A stretch of 63,200 bases of DNA, counting the filler, from Dugesia japonica (taxonomy: Eukaryota), in the NCBI GenBank assembly GCA_001938525.1. It is 5 parts of 5 records of this genome, joined end to end, with 100 filler letters (N's around TTAATTAATTAA, not from the genome) between each part and the next. Parts side by side here need not be neighbours in the genome. Positions count along the whole stretch, not along the records: positions 1 to 17,703 come from MQRL01579947.1; positions 17,804 to 30,858 come from MQRL01583435.1; 3 more parts are not named here. One strand, given 5' to 3'. Shown here one piece after another: positions 11,520-24,419 of the stretch. The position numbers were made by a program, and so were the translations under genes. The notes under the pieces are model-generated. The model was not told the DNA's origin and searched no databases. It was given only the letters and a program-made list of their open reading frames with translations. Each line of letters opens with the position of its first letter. Position 1 is the first letter of the stretch.

Positions 11520-13270
11520 TATACTTTTCTAATTAGATGCTACTGAAAAGGCTCTCTCGCTGGCAGTGAAATTTGGCGGAATAGTAAGCAATGCTTGGTA
11601 CAATTTTTATGTGTTCTTACCTCGTTTACGATTATTACCATTCAATTATTTAAGCTGTTTATCTAGTAATAACAATTTGGATATAGTAATTTTTGGAACC
11701 GCCATAACAATTTTTATGGTTTTTTGAAGCTCATCGTAGACAGAACTTTAAAATTGTACATCCGAATCTGAATCATTATCATGTAATTCTTTTTGGGCTT
11801 GGCTTTCTTCACCATTCCTTAATAACCTTTCAAAAAATTCTTTACATATTTTGATGAATATGTAAAATATTCATTAGACTGGGAATAAGAACCAGTTTGC
11901 AAAAACAACATTAAAGATTCTATAATTTTGTTTCTTCTTTCATCAAATCGCGTCTTTAAGGCATTCTTCATTTGAGTTGCAAGATCATTTTTTGCTTCTT
12001 GTAGCTTATTTATAAAGAAATATACAAACTACTTCAGCGTTCAGTAAATTACCATCTTCTCTGCTCAACTCATTTACAGCTAACTCTATAAGTTGCAAAA
12101 ATTCCAATATGTCCTTCAAAAAATTGTATTCATCTCGATACATTTCTTTCCCCAGCTCTTCTAAAGCTTTGTTAATACATTTTTTTTATTTTAAGAAGTG
12201 GTTAACCATTGGTATAATAGAAGTCCAACGAGTCCTGTAGTGCAGAAATAACCGTAACTTTTTACCTTCCTGTTCTAAAACGTGTTTTTGTAGAATGCTC
12301 TTCCTAATACTAGATTTTTTTAAAAAAATTATTATTTTTCTTGTCTCACCAAGAACGATTCCAATATTTCTACGTCACCAGCAATTAATTTTCAGTTTCC
12401 AAATTTAAATTGGAATCTACAATATAATTGCTATTTTCAGTGGCACTACTGGCATCTTCACCATAATCTATACCATCTACTTCAGATTCATCATCATAAT
12501 TATTATTTGCCTGCCCATCATCTCTGATTGCATTATTTTTTTAAAGAACACATCAATTAGACCAAGATGAATTCCATGATTCATACATAATTGAGACGCT
12601 GCCTCAATATTCCTACCATATTTCACCATTACTGCAGTTTCATCATTAGTAGAGGCTATGATATCAGAAACTAAATTAATTCCGAATTCTTTCTTTTTTT
12701 CCGTTACGAACGTAATAGTGGCTTCTGAATCACAAAACTAAGAACATATGCTGCAGCCAATGCGTGGAGCGTAACATTCATATAGCTTCTCATTTTGATG
12801 TCACTCCATTCGTCTACAGTTATACTAAATCTGTTCCCAGATTTGAATTGAAGCAATAAAAAAGTTATCATTTCAACATTATTGTCTTTATAAAACTGCA
12901 TTATGTATTTGATAATTGTTTGTTTCACTTTTCGGCATATAACCGCGATTATATACAAAATCTTTGATGGCTTCAGAAGACGCTAATCCTTTTATGTTAA
13001 ACCCATCATTTGCAACACATTTCGCCAATATTTCATTAAGTGTTTCCCGATTGACAAATTTTACCATTTTAAATTTTTTTGAAACAAAATGGTCGATTTC
13101 ATCATATTTATTTTCTGTCAAAAAAATGTGAATTTTTAAGTGTTTAATCGTGCAGTAGTATTAGATCCTTGGCATTCGATGATAAATTGGCATGTACTGC
13201 ATATTGCTGGAGATTTTCCTTTTTTTCAAAATACTTCCACACTGGTGATTTGTTCGACAACATTTTTCAT
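11520..13270 (-). mobile_element. Degenerate hAT transposase
   Basis: BED-finger-like SPVWKYF...AICSTC; FSITVDEWSDIKMRSYMNVTLH; RTRWTS; dimerisation motif IPPNFTASERAFSVASN; many frameshifts. Confidence 0.9.
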
Positions 13271-13858
13271 TATTTTTAAAGCTATACTTTAAATAAAATT
13301 ATTATATTATTATCAAATAGTTATGTATTAATAATATTAACATTTAATTAGCTATTTAAACTAATTTAATGTTCGAAAATTAAAAATAATACTTAATCAA
13401 TTAATGGTTTTAAAAGTTATTAGCTCAATTAAAAACAAAGTTAAAATAAATTGTATTTCAATAGCTGAATGTATACAAAAAATAATAATACTTGACAAGC
13501 CATTTTTCACGAACTTATTTTTTCCAATTGAACTTTACTGCACCAAGAAATAAAAACTATTAAAAAACAAAATACCCAAAATAAATCATAGAAATTACCA
13601 CAGTAACATTTTCATTGCTTTGCCTTCTACCTACGTTTTTTAATTTATATTTTAAATAAAACAAGTGTATTTTTTCCAAAATTGATACTCGATATTTGGG
13701 TTAACTTATTTCGAGTACTTAACTACTCGATAATCAGCAATGAATTCTCTATATATGTTTATGCTTTGTACATGAATAAATTTGAATCGGCGTAAACTAT
13801 TTATATTAATCTAAAACAATTAATAAGCTATAAATAAATAGTGTCAAATAAATTGACA

Positions 13859-15770
13859 ATGCCACGAAAGCTGACATTAGATGAAAGAAAATTTGTTTTA
13901 AATTCTTACTGGAAATATGAGAATGCACAAACAGTGATCAACATGTGGAATACAATATTTCAAAACCAGGCATTGCAGTATTAAATTAGGCATTAGTCAT
14001 CTCATTAATGTTTTAAAAAGCGAGTTGAAATTTTTGTGCTTTTATTGGAAACTGTTTCTTTTAAAATCAATTTTAAAAAAAATTAAAAATCACAAATAAA
14101 TTAAGAAGTTAAAATAATTATTTTGAATGAAAGTTTGATCTAAAATTTTGCATTTGATTTTGAATTTTGTTTTTTTTAAAAATCTTTAAATTAGTTTTGA
14201 ATGGAATCTGAAGTTTTAAATCTATTAAAAAATAATTTTCAATTAGAGTATGAAATTTTAATTTGTTTGAATAAACANNNAATTATGTTATAGTTTTTAT
14301 TTGAAATAAATTTTATGGAGTTGAATTTTGATGTTGATAATCCGATGAGTTCTCAAAACTCGTCTAACAATTAATATTCTTCAAGAACTGAAAATGAAAC
14401 CGTACAGACCACGTCTTCTTTAAGGACAATGTAAGGTCAATTCATGGATTTCAAATTTTTTAATGAGATTTTTTAATTTTTATATACATATATAATGTAT
14501 ATTACATGTATAATATTTTAACATTTATTTCTGAAACATTCAAATATTATTGAAAAAAGTGAAGATAGATTTTTAAAAATTATAGTGTTTTATGAAATTA
14601 AATCATTTTAAAATCCAAATAGATATTTTATATTAGATAAAATTATAAAAATTATTTTATGATATTAAAGGGTTTTAAAATCAAGATCGATATTTTATAT
14701 TATGTAAAATTATAAAAATTGTTTTATAAAATTATGATANAAAAAATATTTTAAAAAGGAAAATCGATATTTAAAAAAAATATATTTTATTATAATTTAT
14801 CCGATTGTTTGTATGAATACTGAATTGTTCTTCATCATTTTTTCATTTTAATAAAAGACATGTAATAATCAATAAAAATTTATGGAGACTTGTGAGATTT
14901 TGAATTTTAACTAATAGACTCAAAGAAGATGGTCCTGATCGTCGATTGTAATTTGCGGAAGTATTTATTAGTCAAGCTATGTACTATCCTGAAATTTTCG
15001 ACCAAATAATCTGGTCTGATAAGGCTCAATTTAAACTTAGTGGACACGTTAACGGTCATAATTCGGTCTTTTGGAATTCAGAAAACCCTCACATAACTAT
15101 TCAGAGTCAGTTAAATGAACCAGGTATCACTGTTTGGGCTGGTGTTACGTCATCCAAAATTATGGGGCCTTTTTCTTTGAAGGAACAATAACTGGTACTA
15201 TTTACCTGAACGCTTTGAGAAATTCGATTATACCACAGTTACAACTACGTGATGACTTTCAAACACTTTATTTTAAACAGGACGGTGCTCCTCCGCACTT
15301 TTCACTGGCTGTTATTATCTGGATTAAAATTATCTAGATTAAATTTTTAAACAAAAATGGCTTGGACGTCAAGGCCTCGTAGAATTTCCTTCTCGTTCTC
15401 CAGATTTGACTCCGATAGACTTCAGCATTTGGGGAATTGTTAAGGATTTAGTGTAAGCGAAGAAACCCTTATCTCTTGGCGATCTCAGACAATTTATTTC
15501 CGAAGCATTCAGTGATATTGATGCAAATAAAGACTTATGTTGTAAGATCTTTTGAAGTGTGCTCTTCAAATGTGAAGAATGTTCTAAAGCAGAGGGCAAT
15601 CAATTTGAACACACACGTTGATAGAAATTGTTTTTATATTCATAACTGTGTTAAACATTAATCTGTTTATGTTTTGTTTTAGATAATCATCTGCATATAG
15701 TTTTATAAGTTTTTGTAAATAAATTGATTTTAACTTTAACTGTATAGTAACTTTTTGAACATCATATACA
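13859..15770 (+). mobile_element. Degenerate Tc1/mariner element interrupted by a ~950-bp insertion (~13967-14915)
   Basis: N-terminus MPRKLTLDERKFVLNSYWKY at 13859; resumes ~14920 LKEDGPDRRL, IIWSDKAQF..GHVNGHN, QDGAPPH, WLGRQG..FPSRSPDLTPIDFSIWG; decayed 3' TIR TTTTTGAACATCATATA ~15752-15768. Confidence 0.85.
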
Positions 15771-16378
15771 TAATNGATTATAAAAACAAAATCCGTTCAA
15801 AATGACATTGATACTTTTTCAGTTTTAATATTTTTGTTACCCTGATTTTCTGGTAGCTATCAAATATTTTGACAAAATTTTTATATTTGTTCTCGTGTAT
15901 TATTTCGAACGTTGCCTTTGTTTGCTAATTAAGCTTGCTTATTGTCTATATGAGGTTTTTTAAGTGTATTTCACTTATTAAATTTATTATTATTTTCACG
16001 ATAAATCTATTATTTTCCACATTAAAATTAAAATGTTGCATTATGTATTTTTACTTTTCCATCAAATGATATATGAATTTCATAGGTATGTATATTGCTT
16101 ACTTAGAAATTGCTTAAAATAATTAAATTAATTCAACATTTTCATTAGAATTAACAATATTGCAATATTAAATATAAGTTCTGACGATATTTGAATTTTG
16201 TAACTTAGCACAAAGTTTAATAAAACTAATTTTTCTTAGACTCATTAAAATCAAAGTTTAATACTTCAAATGTAGTGCAATTAGTTCTTATTTCGAAGTC
16301 ATTGTTGTTATTTATAGCTTATATATTTTAATTGAAATTAAAATAAAGAAGTATGTTCCAAGATTTTTAACTTTATAT

Positions 16379-17640
16379 ACAGGGTAGCGCAAAAGTCGCA
16401 TACCATAGGAAATTTTAAGAAAATAAGATAAATTTTATGTATTCTGATAGTTTATCATATTTATTGTTATTTTTTATGCCTTTAATATAAAATATTAGAA
16501 ACATTTAATTGATTATTAATGTTATACTGTAATAATATTAATTCTGCTATATCTAGAATAAATTATAGAAGCTAAATTAACCAAAAGGTAAAGGAAAAGT
16601 CCATAGGGAATTTTTCCTGATTATTAAAATAGCAGTTTATTACATTAAATGTTCAAACTGATAACTCTGAACCTAAAAACACTTGAATTTGGCGTGAACA
16701 AGAAGTTTGGACATTTTGCAACAATTGGACAATGATCTTGGCACATTTCAATATTATTCTTTCTTTCAAATCTAAGATTTGAACCTAGGGAGGTATACAT
16801 ATACAATGAACGTCAAGTGGCCCTATAAATAAAAATCGAAAGTCGTAAGGTCTGGAAACATAAGTGGCCATTCTATAGCACCACATTCCCCTATCCACTT
16901 GTTCGGAAATAAAACATTCAAAAAATTGTGAACGATTAAAAAAATGTAATTAATAAAATGTAATGGTGCACTATCCTGCATGAACCACATATTCGAACAC
17001 TTGTTCTAAACAGGCATTATTAATGTCTGTAAATATGCAAATAACTTTATCCGTGACATTAACTTCAAAAAAGTTTGGACCGATAAGCTTTTCACACCAC
17101 AATGCGGCCCACATTACTTTCAGTTTATGTTTTAAATGAGTTGCTTGCTTTCCAATGATGTTTATCTCAGACCAATAACATACATTGTGCCTATTAACAT
17201 GAGTATTGAAGCGAAATGCCGCTTCGTCACTGAAGAAAATATTAGAGATGAGGTTTCGCTGTTTCAAGAACCATTGGCAGAATTCTATACGACAATCGTA
17301 TCATTATCATGCAATTCTTGAACGAGATGCACTTTGTATGGATGAAAATTATGTTTTTAAGGAATTCGTTGGATAGTGCTGTTGTTAATACATGTCCCCT
17401 CAGCAAGTTAACGTTAAGATTTATTTGGAGTCATAGCGACTTCACCCAAAACCACTGTCGCATTCACTTCATCATTTACTACTTGCGATTGGCCTGTTTG
17501 AGTTTTATTTATTTCATGTTTCTTTGAAACACTTTTTTAGCCTTCCAACAGTTGTCTGGTTTTTTTGGTTCTTCTGTGGATATTTTAAATTAAAATCAAC
17601 AGCTATTGATCGTTTGTAAGAACCTAGCCGGAAGCTCATT
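16379..17640 (-). mobile_element. Degenerate Tc1/mariner element
   Basis: Terminus TA+CAGGGTAGCGCAAAAG at ~16379; IFFSDEAAFRFNTHVNRHN, WAALW...GPNFFE, WPLMFPDLTTFDFYL. Confidence 0.85.
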
Positions 17641-17703
17641 AGAACTACTTCAAATCTTTCATTTTTTGTTAATTTGTTATTAAAACATTTTTTTAGAAAA
17701 CGT

Positions 17704-17803
17704 NNNNNNNNNNNNNNNNNNNNNNNNNNNNNNNNNNNNNNNNNNNNTTAATTAATTAANNNNNNNNNNNNNNNNNNNNNNNNNNNNNNNNNNNNNNNNN
17801 NNN
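17704..17803. other. Artificial contig-join spacer (also 30859-30958, 45078-45177, 54010-54109)
   Basis: Same N-run + TTAATTAATTAA + N-run, 100 bp in total, four times; the 12-mer puts stops in all six frames. Confidence 0.95.
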
Positions 17804-20800
17804 ATGCATAATCTTAGAACACTTCCTGAACATTCTATTCCATTGAGTAAATTATTTTTTATTGAGTAAATTATATTCTACTAAATAAATTATATATGTT
17901 ATTGTTATAATTGTGTTGGGATACCACCTAGTTTATAGTTAGAAAAAATTGTGGCTATGGAAAAAACAGCCCTCGGAACACTCCTTCAAGAATTTGATCT
18001 TAAGTCCCTATTTAGATTTTCGGTATAGAGCGGTTGACCTCCAATATTTATTTGAGGTGCACGCCAGTATACCTTTGTTTTCGGGTTTATCGTTTTCCCC
18101 TATTTGAAATTAATTCAATTGAATTAAATTACTAAAGACTAAAATTTATTTCGAGACATTTTACATATGTTCCCAAGCCCCAGGGCTTAATCACTGGGTA
18201 GGCTCTTCGTCTAGAAAACTGAATGCGGCTTCGTCGTCAAGATCGTTCCAACAAGCGCCGGGATAGATCCGTTATGTATTGTTATAAAGAATCAATTTTA
18301 TGTTGCAGAATCTGCTTTGTTTGTTCGGCTAAGTCACCTTGTTTCTTAACAATGAGGTCGAGTCTTTTTATTTAGCGGTTACGCTGAGCCAGATGTCGAA
18401 GTAGGGTTCACTCATTTTGGCGCTTGATATGCCTCTCTAACAACAATTTCTGAATCAAACGATAACAACGAGGCAAACTAATTGGATGCGTAGCACTGGG
18501 ATGAAGAATGACAAATAGATTTTTATAATATAAACTATATACACATTAATATATAATTAGAAAGAAGATTTCTTAAATTAAAATAATCGAACGGAAAACA
18601 AGTTATTATAAAGTGAGGAAACATTAATTTACAAAATCAAAGAATAAGATGTTATGGGCGCGTTATTTGAGTTCCCTTATCGACCATTAGAAGTTCGAGC
18701 GGCATGGATTTCTTTAGTTCTAGAATATCCGAGACCAGTTAATTTTTACGGTCATGGAGGGACCAGATGATTTCCGCAAAAGATTCTAATTGGGTCTTCT
18801 AGAGTCTTTCCTAAGTGTCGGAGGTCCTGTTTCTTTCCGAAAGGCAGTGCGCTTAGTCTTAATACTTTTCAATATGGTTTCCGCGTTTGAAATATCCGCC
18901 TCCCACGACGCTTGGCGAGCCGATATCGATCCCAGGTCATTTCGGGATCCTCGCATTTCTCCCTTAATTTTTTGGTGGGAGCATGTGGAGGATTTAGAGA
19001 CTAAAGCACTGTAAAGAAGAGAATGATAACTAACTGTGAAAATTAAATAAGTTCAAATAACGAATCAATACTTAAATTATTCTTATTTCAAAATTTTGGA
19101 GAATAACCGTAAAACAAAATTACAGTAAGAATGTTTTATTAATCACCAAATGAAGATAAGCAGTTATACTGAAGTCTCACTACCCCCAATTTTGGTGTTG
19201 CGGATATTCCATAAGTTATTCTGGATATGCGCATCCATTTCGGACCACGATGATAAATGATCGATATTAATGCCTACCACCGATGGGCCTTCATGCCACT
19301 CGCGGACGACACGGGGCTTACCATTTACATCTGTTTGAGTACTAGTAACTGCATGGTAGACGGCGCAAGCTTGATTGGGCCTATTCCAATCATAGAAGTA
19401 GCAGCTCACTGCCTTTCCTCCTCAGCTTCTTCAGCTGGCGGGTTCAATTGGTCTAACTGAACCCCGGCATTTTGGTCATAGGGATTCTTGTATCGTTTAA
19501 AAATGGTACGTCCAGTTTTGCAATCTAAAACGACTTCGCACTTGTGTTCCACTATAAAATATAAATATCATACTCAAATTAAAATTATAATGTGGTAGAA
19601 GCATAGAATACACATATAAATATTCAACAACATTTAACGGGATTAGAATTTATTTAACATAAAACAACACACTGGAGAATGGTTATAATTAGTTTTCTGC
19701 ATCCATGTCTACAGGAAAATTCAGGGGGAACATGTCGACAAAACATTGGAGGTCGGTTTCATTTGGATGTTTGATCTTACCGCTAGATAGAATGTGGGCT
19801 AATAACTGCTTATTACGGGCTCTGCGTCTTTCTTTACGAATTATTCTTAACGTTGATAACAAGAGAGTGGACATCGTAATGAGAATGGGAGCTTTAAATC
19901 CTAATTTTGTTAATGTAAACATTTACGGATGACACATCCAAAATATCAAGATACCCTTGAACCACCATGCGTTGATGCTGGGAACACGAAATGCATTAAC
20001 AATACTAGAAATAATGGTCAGATTAATGCTAGTTTGTAGTATTAAAGAGATAGTAATTCTACCAGTGATTTTAATACTAATAATTGAACCCTACTCAGAA
20101 TGTTAATAAAAAAAATAATACCCACATCCATCGTAATCATAATAATAACAATCGATGACGATCCATGGGTACTAACAGTTGATGATAATAATAATAATAA
20201 TCCTAAAATTAATATTGGTAGTAAAAATGATATTATTAGCGACAATATTAGTGAAGAGTAATGCGAACAAATGTGGTTTAATGTTTAATACCAATAATAA
20301 ATCTGAAGAATAACACTAAAATAATTTCCATATTAATTAAGATAACACACATAACTCTGTGATTATAAGACGTAATCGTATTGTTGATAATAATAGCTAG
20401 CAATAACATTATGAATGAGGAGTGTTAAATAATTCATTTTAATGAGTAATTGTACTACCCTTGGTAGTATTAAGGACATGATTATATAATAGTAAGATTG
20501 ATCAATGATAATAATAACAATACTTAAACCATATTATGTGAATCTTATTCAAAACAGTAATCGCAACCTTAAAGAAAGCATAAAACTGATAATTAGCGTG
20601 ATGAATGTTATTAATGGCAATAATGTCACAAACTGAATAAAAAAAATTTTATTAGATTAATGACAAAATTATTACTGGCAACAATATAACAAAATAAATT
20701 TAACAACAGAAAATTGTCGATAATAACTATATCATTAACCGTGACGATGTTGAACATGAGACCATTCTTGTTAAACGTGATTTCAAACCAGCATAGATAA

Positions 20801-21129
20801 CACTGGTAGGCATATTTATTTACTGGTCACAACAAAACGTAATAACTAAAATTATCTTTCTTCGAATGGCAAAACAAATAATCCGCTTAAAGATCCATTT
20901 GAGAGAAGAGTGAAATTGAAGTAGAACCTTACGGGGTAGTTGTTATGAATGTTTCTTTTCTTCATTTGAATGAAATATTTCTGAATCATTGAATAAAACA
21001 TTATATTTTATAATGAAACAATATCCAGTGAAGTAAAACAACATGTTTTATTTATCAACTATTTGATTAAAAAATGTTTTATTTTTAAATTAAAAAGTTT
21101 AATAAAAATTTTCAGATGCTATTGCAGCA

Positions 21130-21210
21130 AATTTTAGCCGGGACCGGAAACAAAATTTAGCGCCGGAATGCCGGATAACCGATAACGGAATATATTCGGT
21201 CCCATCCCTA
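21130..21210. mobile_element. hAT-type terminus (solo)
   Basis: Subterminal CCGG/CCGA repeats ending in CGGTCCCATCCCTA, the reverse complement of an Ac-like TAGGGATG TIR. Confidence 0.55.
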
Positions 21211-21560
21211 ATATTTTATAAATATGAAATGTTAAAAGAAATAAATAGTTCAAGAATTTGCAGCGAAATATAAATATAAATATAAACAGGTCCAAATTTC
21301 AAACCCGTACATTTGCACATGGGTCAAAGGTCAAATACCGAAATTTGTAAACAATTACAAAGTCTAAAACACAGAATTCGTAAACACTTGGCCGGTGGGG
21401 GAGGTGAGAGGGGTGGGTGTTTACATGCGCCACTATCTATATACTATTATAGCTAAAGAAATTAAAACTATTAAATTCAATAACAAAAATTTTAATAGCA
21501 AGCAAGTATTATGTGCAAATGAAAGTGCCCTAAATATTATAGATAAGGTGGATATAAATA

Positions 21561-22830
21561 GTGAATTTAATTGTAAAAATTGGACTAACAAAAGCTCTGG
21601 TTTATTTTGGAAAACCTCGATGCATTAAACATCTTCGAAGCTTTTTAGGTCTAACAAATGATTATCGCAAATTCATAAAAGATTATTCCAAAATTGCCAG
21701 ACCAATGGAAGAGTTAATTGGAAATAAAGAGGTTAAATTAGTTTAGACTAAAAAATGTGAAGAAGAGTTTAAAAGTTTAAAAGAAAGTCATACAAAGACA
21801 CCAATATTAAGAAACCCAAATTTTTTGAAAACTTGTTTTAGATACAGATGCAAGTTTTGATTCAATGGGTCCGATTTTATCACAAAAAGATTTGCGGACG
21901 ACGAGCACTTAGATGAGTAAATGATAAATACTCAAAAACTAAAGCCTTTTCAAGAAAGAAAGTTGTCAGAGCAATTCACTAAAAAAAGATTTGATTTGAA
22001 CAATAATAGTATGTTTGATACTGGTTTATAATGTATGTATGGTAATGAATTGCTAGAAAATTATTCTTTTAATGATGTGATCATGTGTGATGATGTCATG
22101 TCTGATACAATTGCTGATAATTAAAGTTATTGTGTACATAATAATTATTACAGTGGTAATGATAACTATGGTAATAATAATAATAATTTAACTATTTTTA
22201 AGAAAATTATGAGAAATATAATACTGTGGATAGTCCACCTATGATAAACTTAAAAATGAACAATATTGTTACATCGTTTTAACTTGATACTGTAGCTAAA
22301 ATAAGTGTTAATAAATATGAATTAATAAAAATAATATGAATCTTTTCAATAATTGATTCTGTAATAAATGTAAAATTTGCGGATAATAGTTCTTTAAAAT
22401 ATATGTGAAAAGTCAATTTAAATGTAAAGCTTAATGACAAAATGGAGAGTATTTGTTTTTATGCTACAAAACAATTATCACCGCCTGTTATTTGTGGAAT
22501 AAATCTATTAAATAAATTTAATATAAAACATGAAATATATAATGAAGAATATGGTATTTTACAATTGCAATTATTGCGAGAATAATTGTTGGACATAACC
22601 ATTGATCGTTTTATAGAATTCATTTAATATAAACGCTTTGATCAAATATCAATAAAAAACCAAAATTTTGATCAAAACTTTTATATTAAATGAAGGATTT
22701 GTTAATGTAATTAAATTTAAACCCAGAACATTAGAAATTGAAAATATTAAAGATGAAATGATGATTTTAAAAAATATGAAAAAATTATAATAATAAAATG
22801 AAATAATAACAAATAGTAAATCAATTGCAA
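21561..22830 (+). mobile_element. Rearranged Ty3/gypsy pol fragments
   Basis: LRSFLGLTNDYRKFIKDYSKIARPM...TPIL...LDTDAS..MGPILSQ (RT connection/RNase H, 21600-21900), followed by aspartic-protease-like LDTVAKISV...PPVICGINLL (22270-22510). Confidence 0.75.
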
Positions 22831-22847
22831 TTAGTCCTAGGCGTTTT

Positions 22848-24398
22848 GGTATCAGGACAATATACTCTCTGGACAATATCTCCCTTGGAAAATAGCCCCC
22901 TGGACAATAGGCCCTACAATTATAATTTCGAATTTAAGTGATTGAAAAAAATGAAAACAAAAAATACATAAGGGAAAGAATTTACAAATTAAAATAAAGA
23001 TTTTCAAAAATTGAAAAATTAAAAAACAATTTTTCTGAAAAAGTGTTGTTTGTTTATTCTAGTATTAAATTAAATTTTTTTATAAAAGAAAAAAAAGCAT
23101 AAAAGAATCTATTTAAAACCCTAAATTATGAGCAATGCCACGTAAATAGTCCAAATTGTTACGATTTCTACGTCTTGTACAACAGAGTATCACTGAGGTT
23201 AAAATTAATTAAAGGAAAAATAATCAAATAAAATCGAAAAATCCAGAACTTTGAATAAGAGAAAATAGAAGAACAAAAATTTCGATCTTTTGCTTTTAAA
23301 AGAATTTTATTGTAAAATTTTTTATCGATGAAAATGCAGTTATTTTACAAATCAATGGTTAGAATTATTAAAAAAAATATCTTATTTATTGTTGGCAGAC
23401 AATTTACCGAGAATATTGTCAATGCATTTAAAATTATAATTAAAAACCAATGAGAATTAATCTTAATCTTTATCAAAGTTTATCATCAAAATTTACTGAA
23501 CAACTGTTCCTAAAGAAGGCAAGTCGAAATATTGAAACTAGAAGAACAACAATTTCGATCTATTGCTGTTAAAAAAAATTATTGTAATTTATTAGTTAAA
23601 TTTAAAGTCTCACAAGTCTCCATAAATGGTTTATTGATGAATGGTTTATTTACAAGTCTTTTCTTAAAAATAAAAACATGAAATAACAATTCACAAATTT
23701 CAAACAAATAATCTGAGAAATCTNNNNNNNNNNNNNNNNNNNNNNNNNNNNNNNNNNNNNNNNNNNNNNNNNNNNNNNNNNNNNNNNNNNNNNNNNNNNN
23801 NNNNNNNNNNNNNNNNNNNNNNNNNNNNNNNNNNNNNNNNNNNNNNNNNNNNNNNNNNNNNNNNNNNNNNNNNNNNNACCAATCTTAATATTAAATATAA
23901 AAATTAAAAAATCTCAGACATCCGAAATTCATGAATCGATACTCACATAATTAAAATTATTTTTTTAAAAAAATTCAGTTTGAATAAGAGATTTAAAATT
24001 ATTTATGGTTTAAGACACCATTACAATACTTTCTTATTTGAATAGTTTCTAGATAATACCTTCCGCATTACAATTATTTTGATTTACAAAGTCATTTTAT
24101 AAAATATTCCAAATGAAGAAAAACTAAAAATAAAAATAAGAAGATTAAAATCTTTTAGTTTTTCAATCTTATTTGTTTTATCTTAGATTGTTTTTTAGAT
24201 ATAACAAAAATTGTTGAATAAACAAATAATTTTTATTAAATTTTATTTTGATCGAAGCCTTTACTTATTTTAATGAAATCTCAAATGCGATCAATAGTTA
24301 AGTCCAACAATTATTCTCACAATAATTGTAATTATAAAACAAATAATAATTAATTTTGAGGTAAATATAAGAAGGATATTGTCCAGGAGGATATTGTA
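22848..24398 (-). mobile_element. Non-autonomous Mutator (MULE)-like element with repeat-built inverted ends
   Basis: Left end carries four GGA(C/A)AATA repeats (22855-22915), right end the inverted TATTGTCC/GGATATTGT repeats (24370-24398); internal minus-strand NNLDYLRGIAHNLGF* (~23113-23160) resembles a MULE transposase C-terminus. Confidence 0.55.
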
Positions 24399-24419
24399 AT
24401 TGTTTCATTTCGATTTAAC

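Noticed and set aside
20042-20245. Hydrophobic 67-aa ORF as a membrane protein
   Set aside because: Explained by ATT/TAT-rich low-complexity sequence; no family signal.
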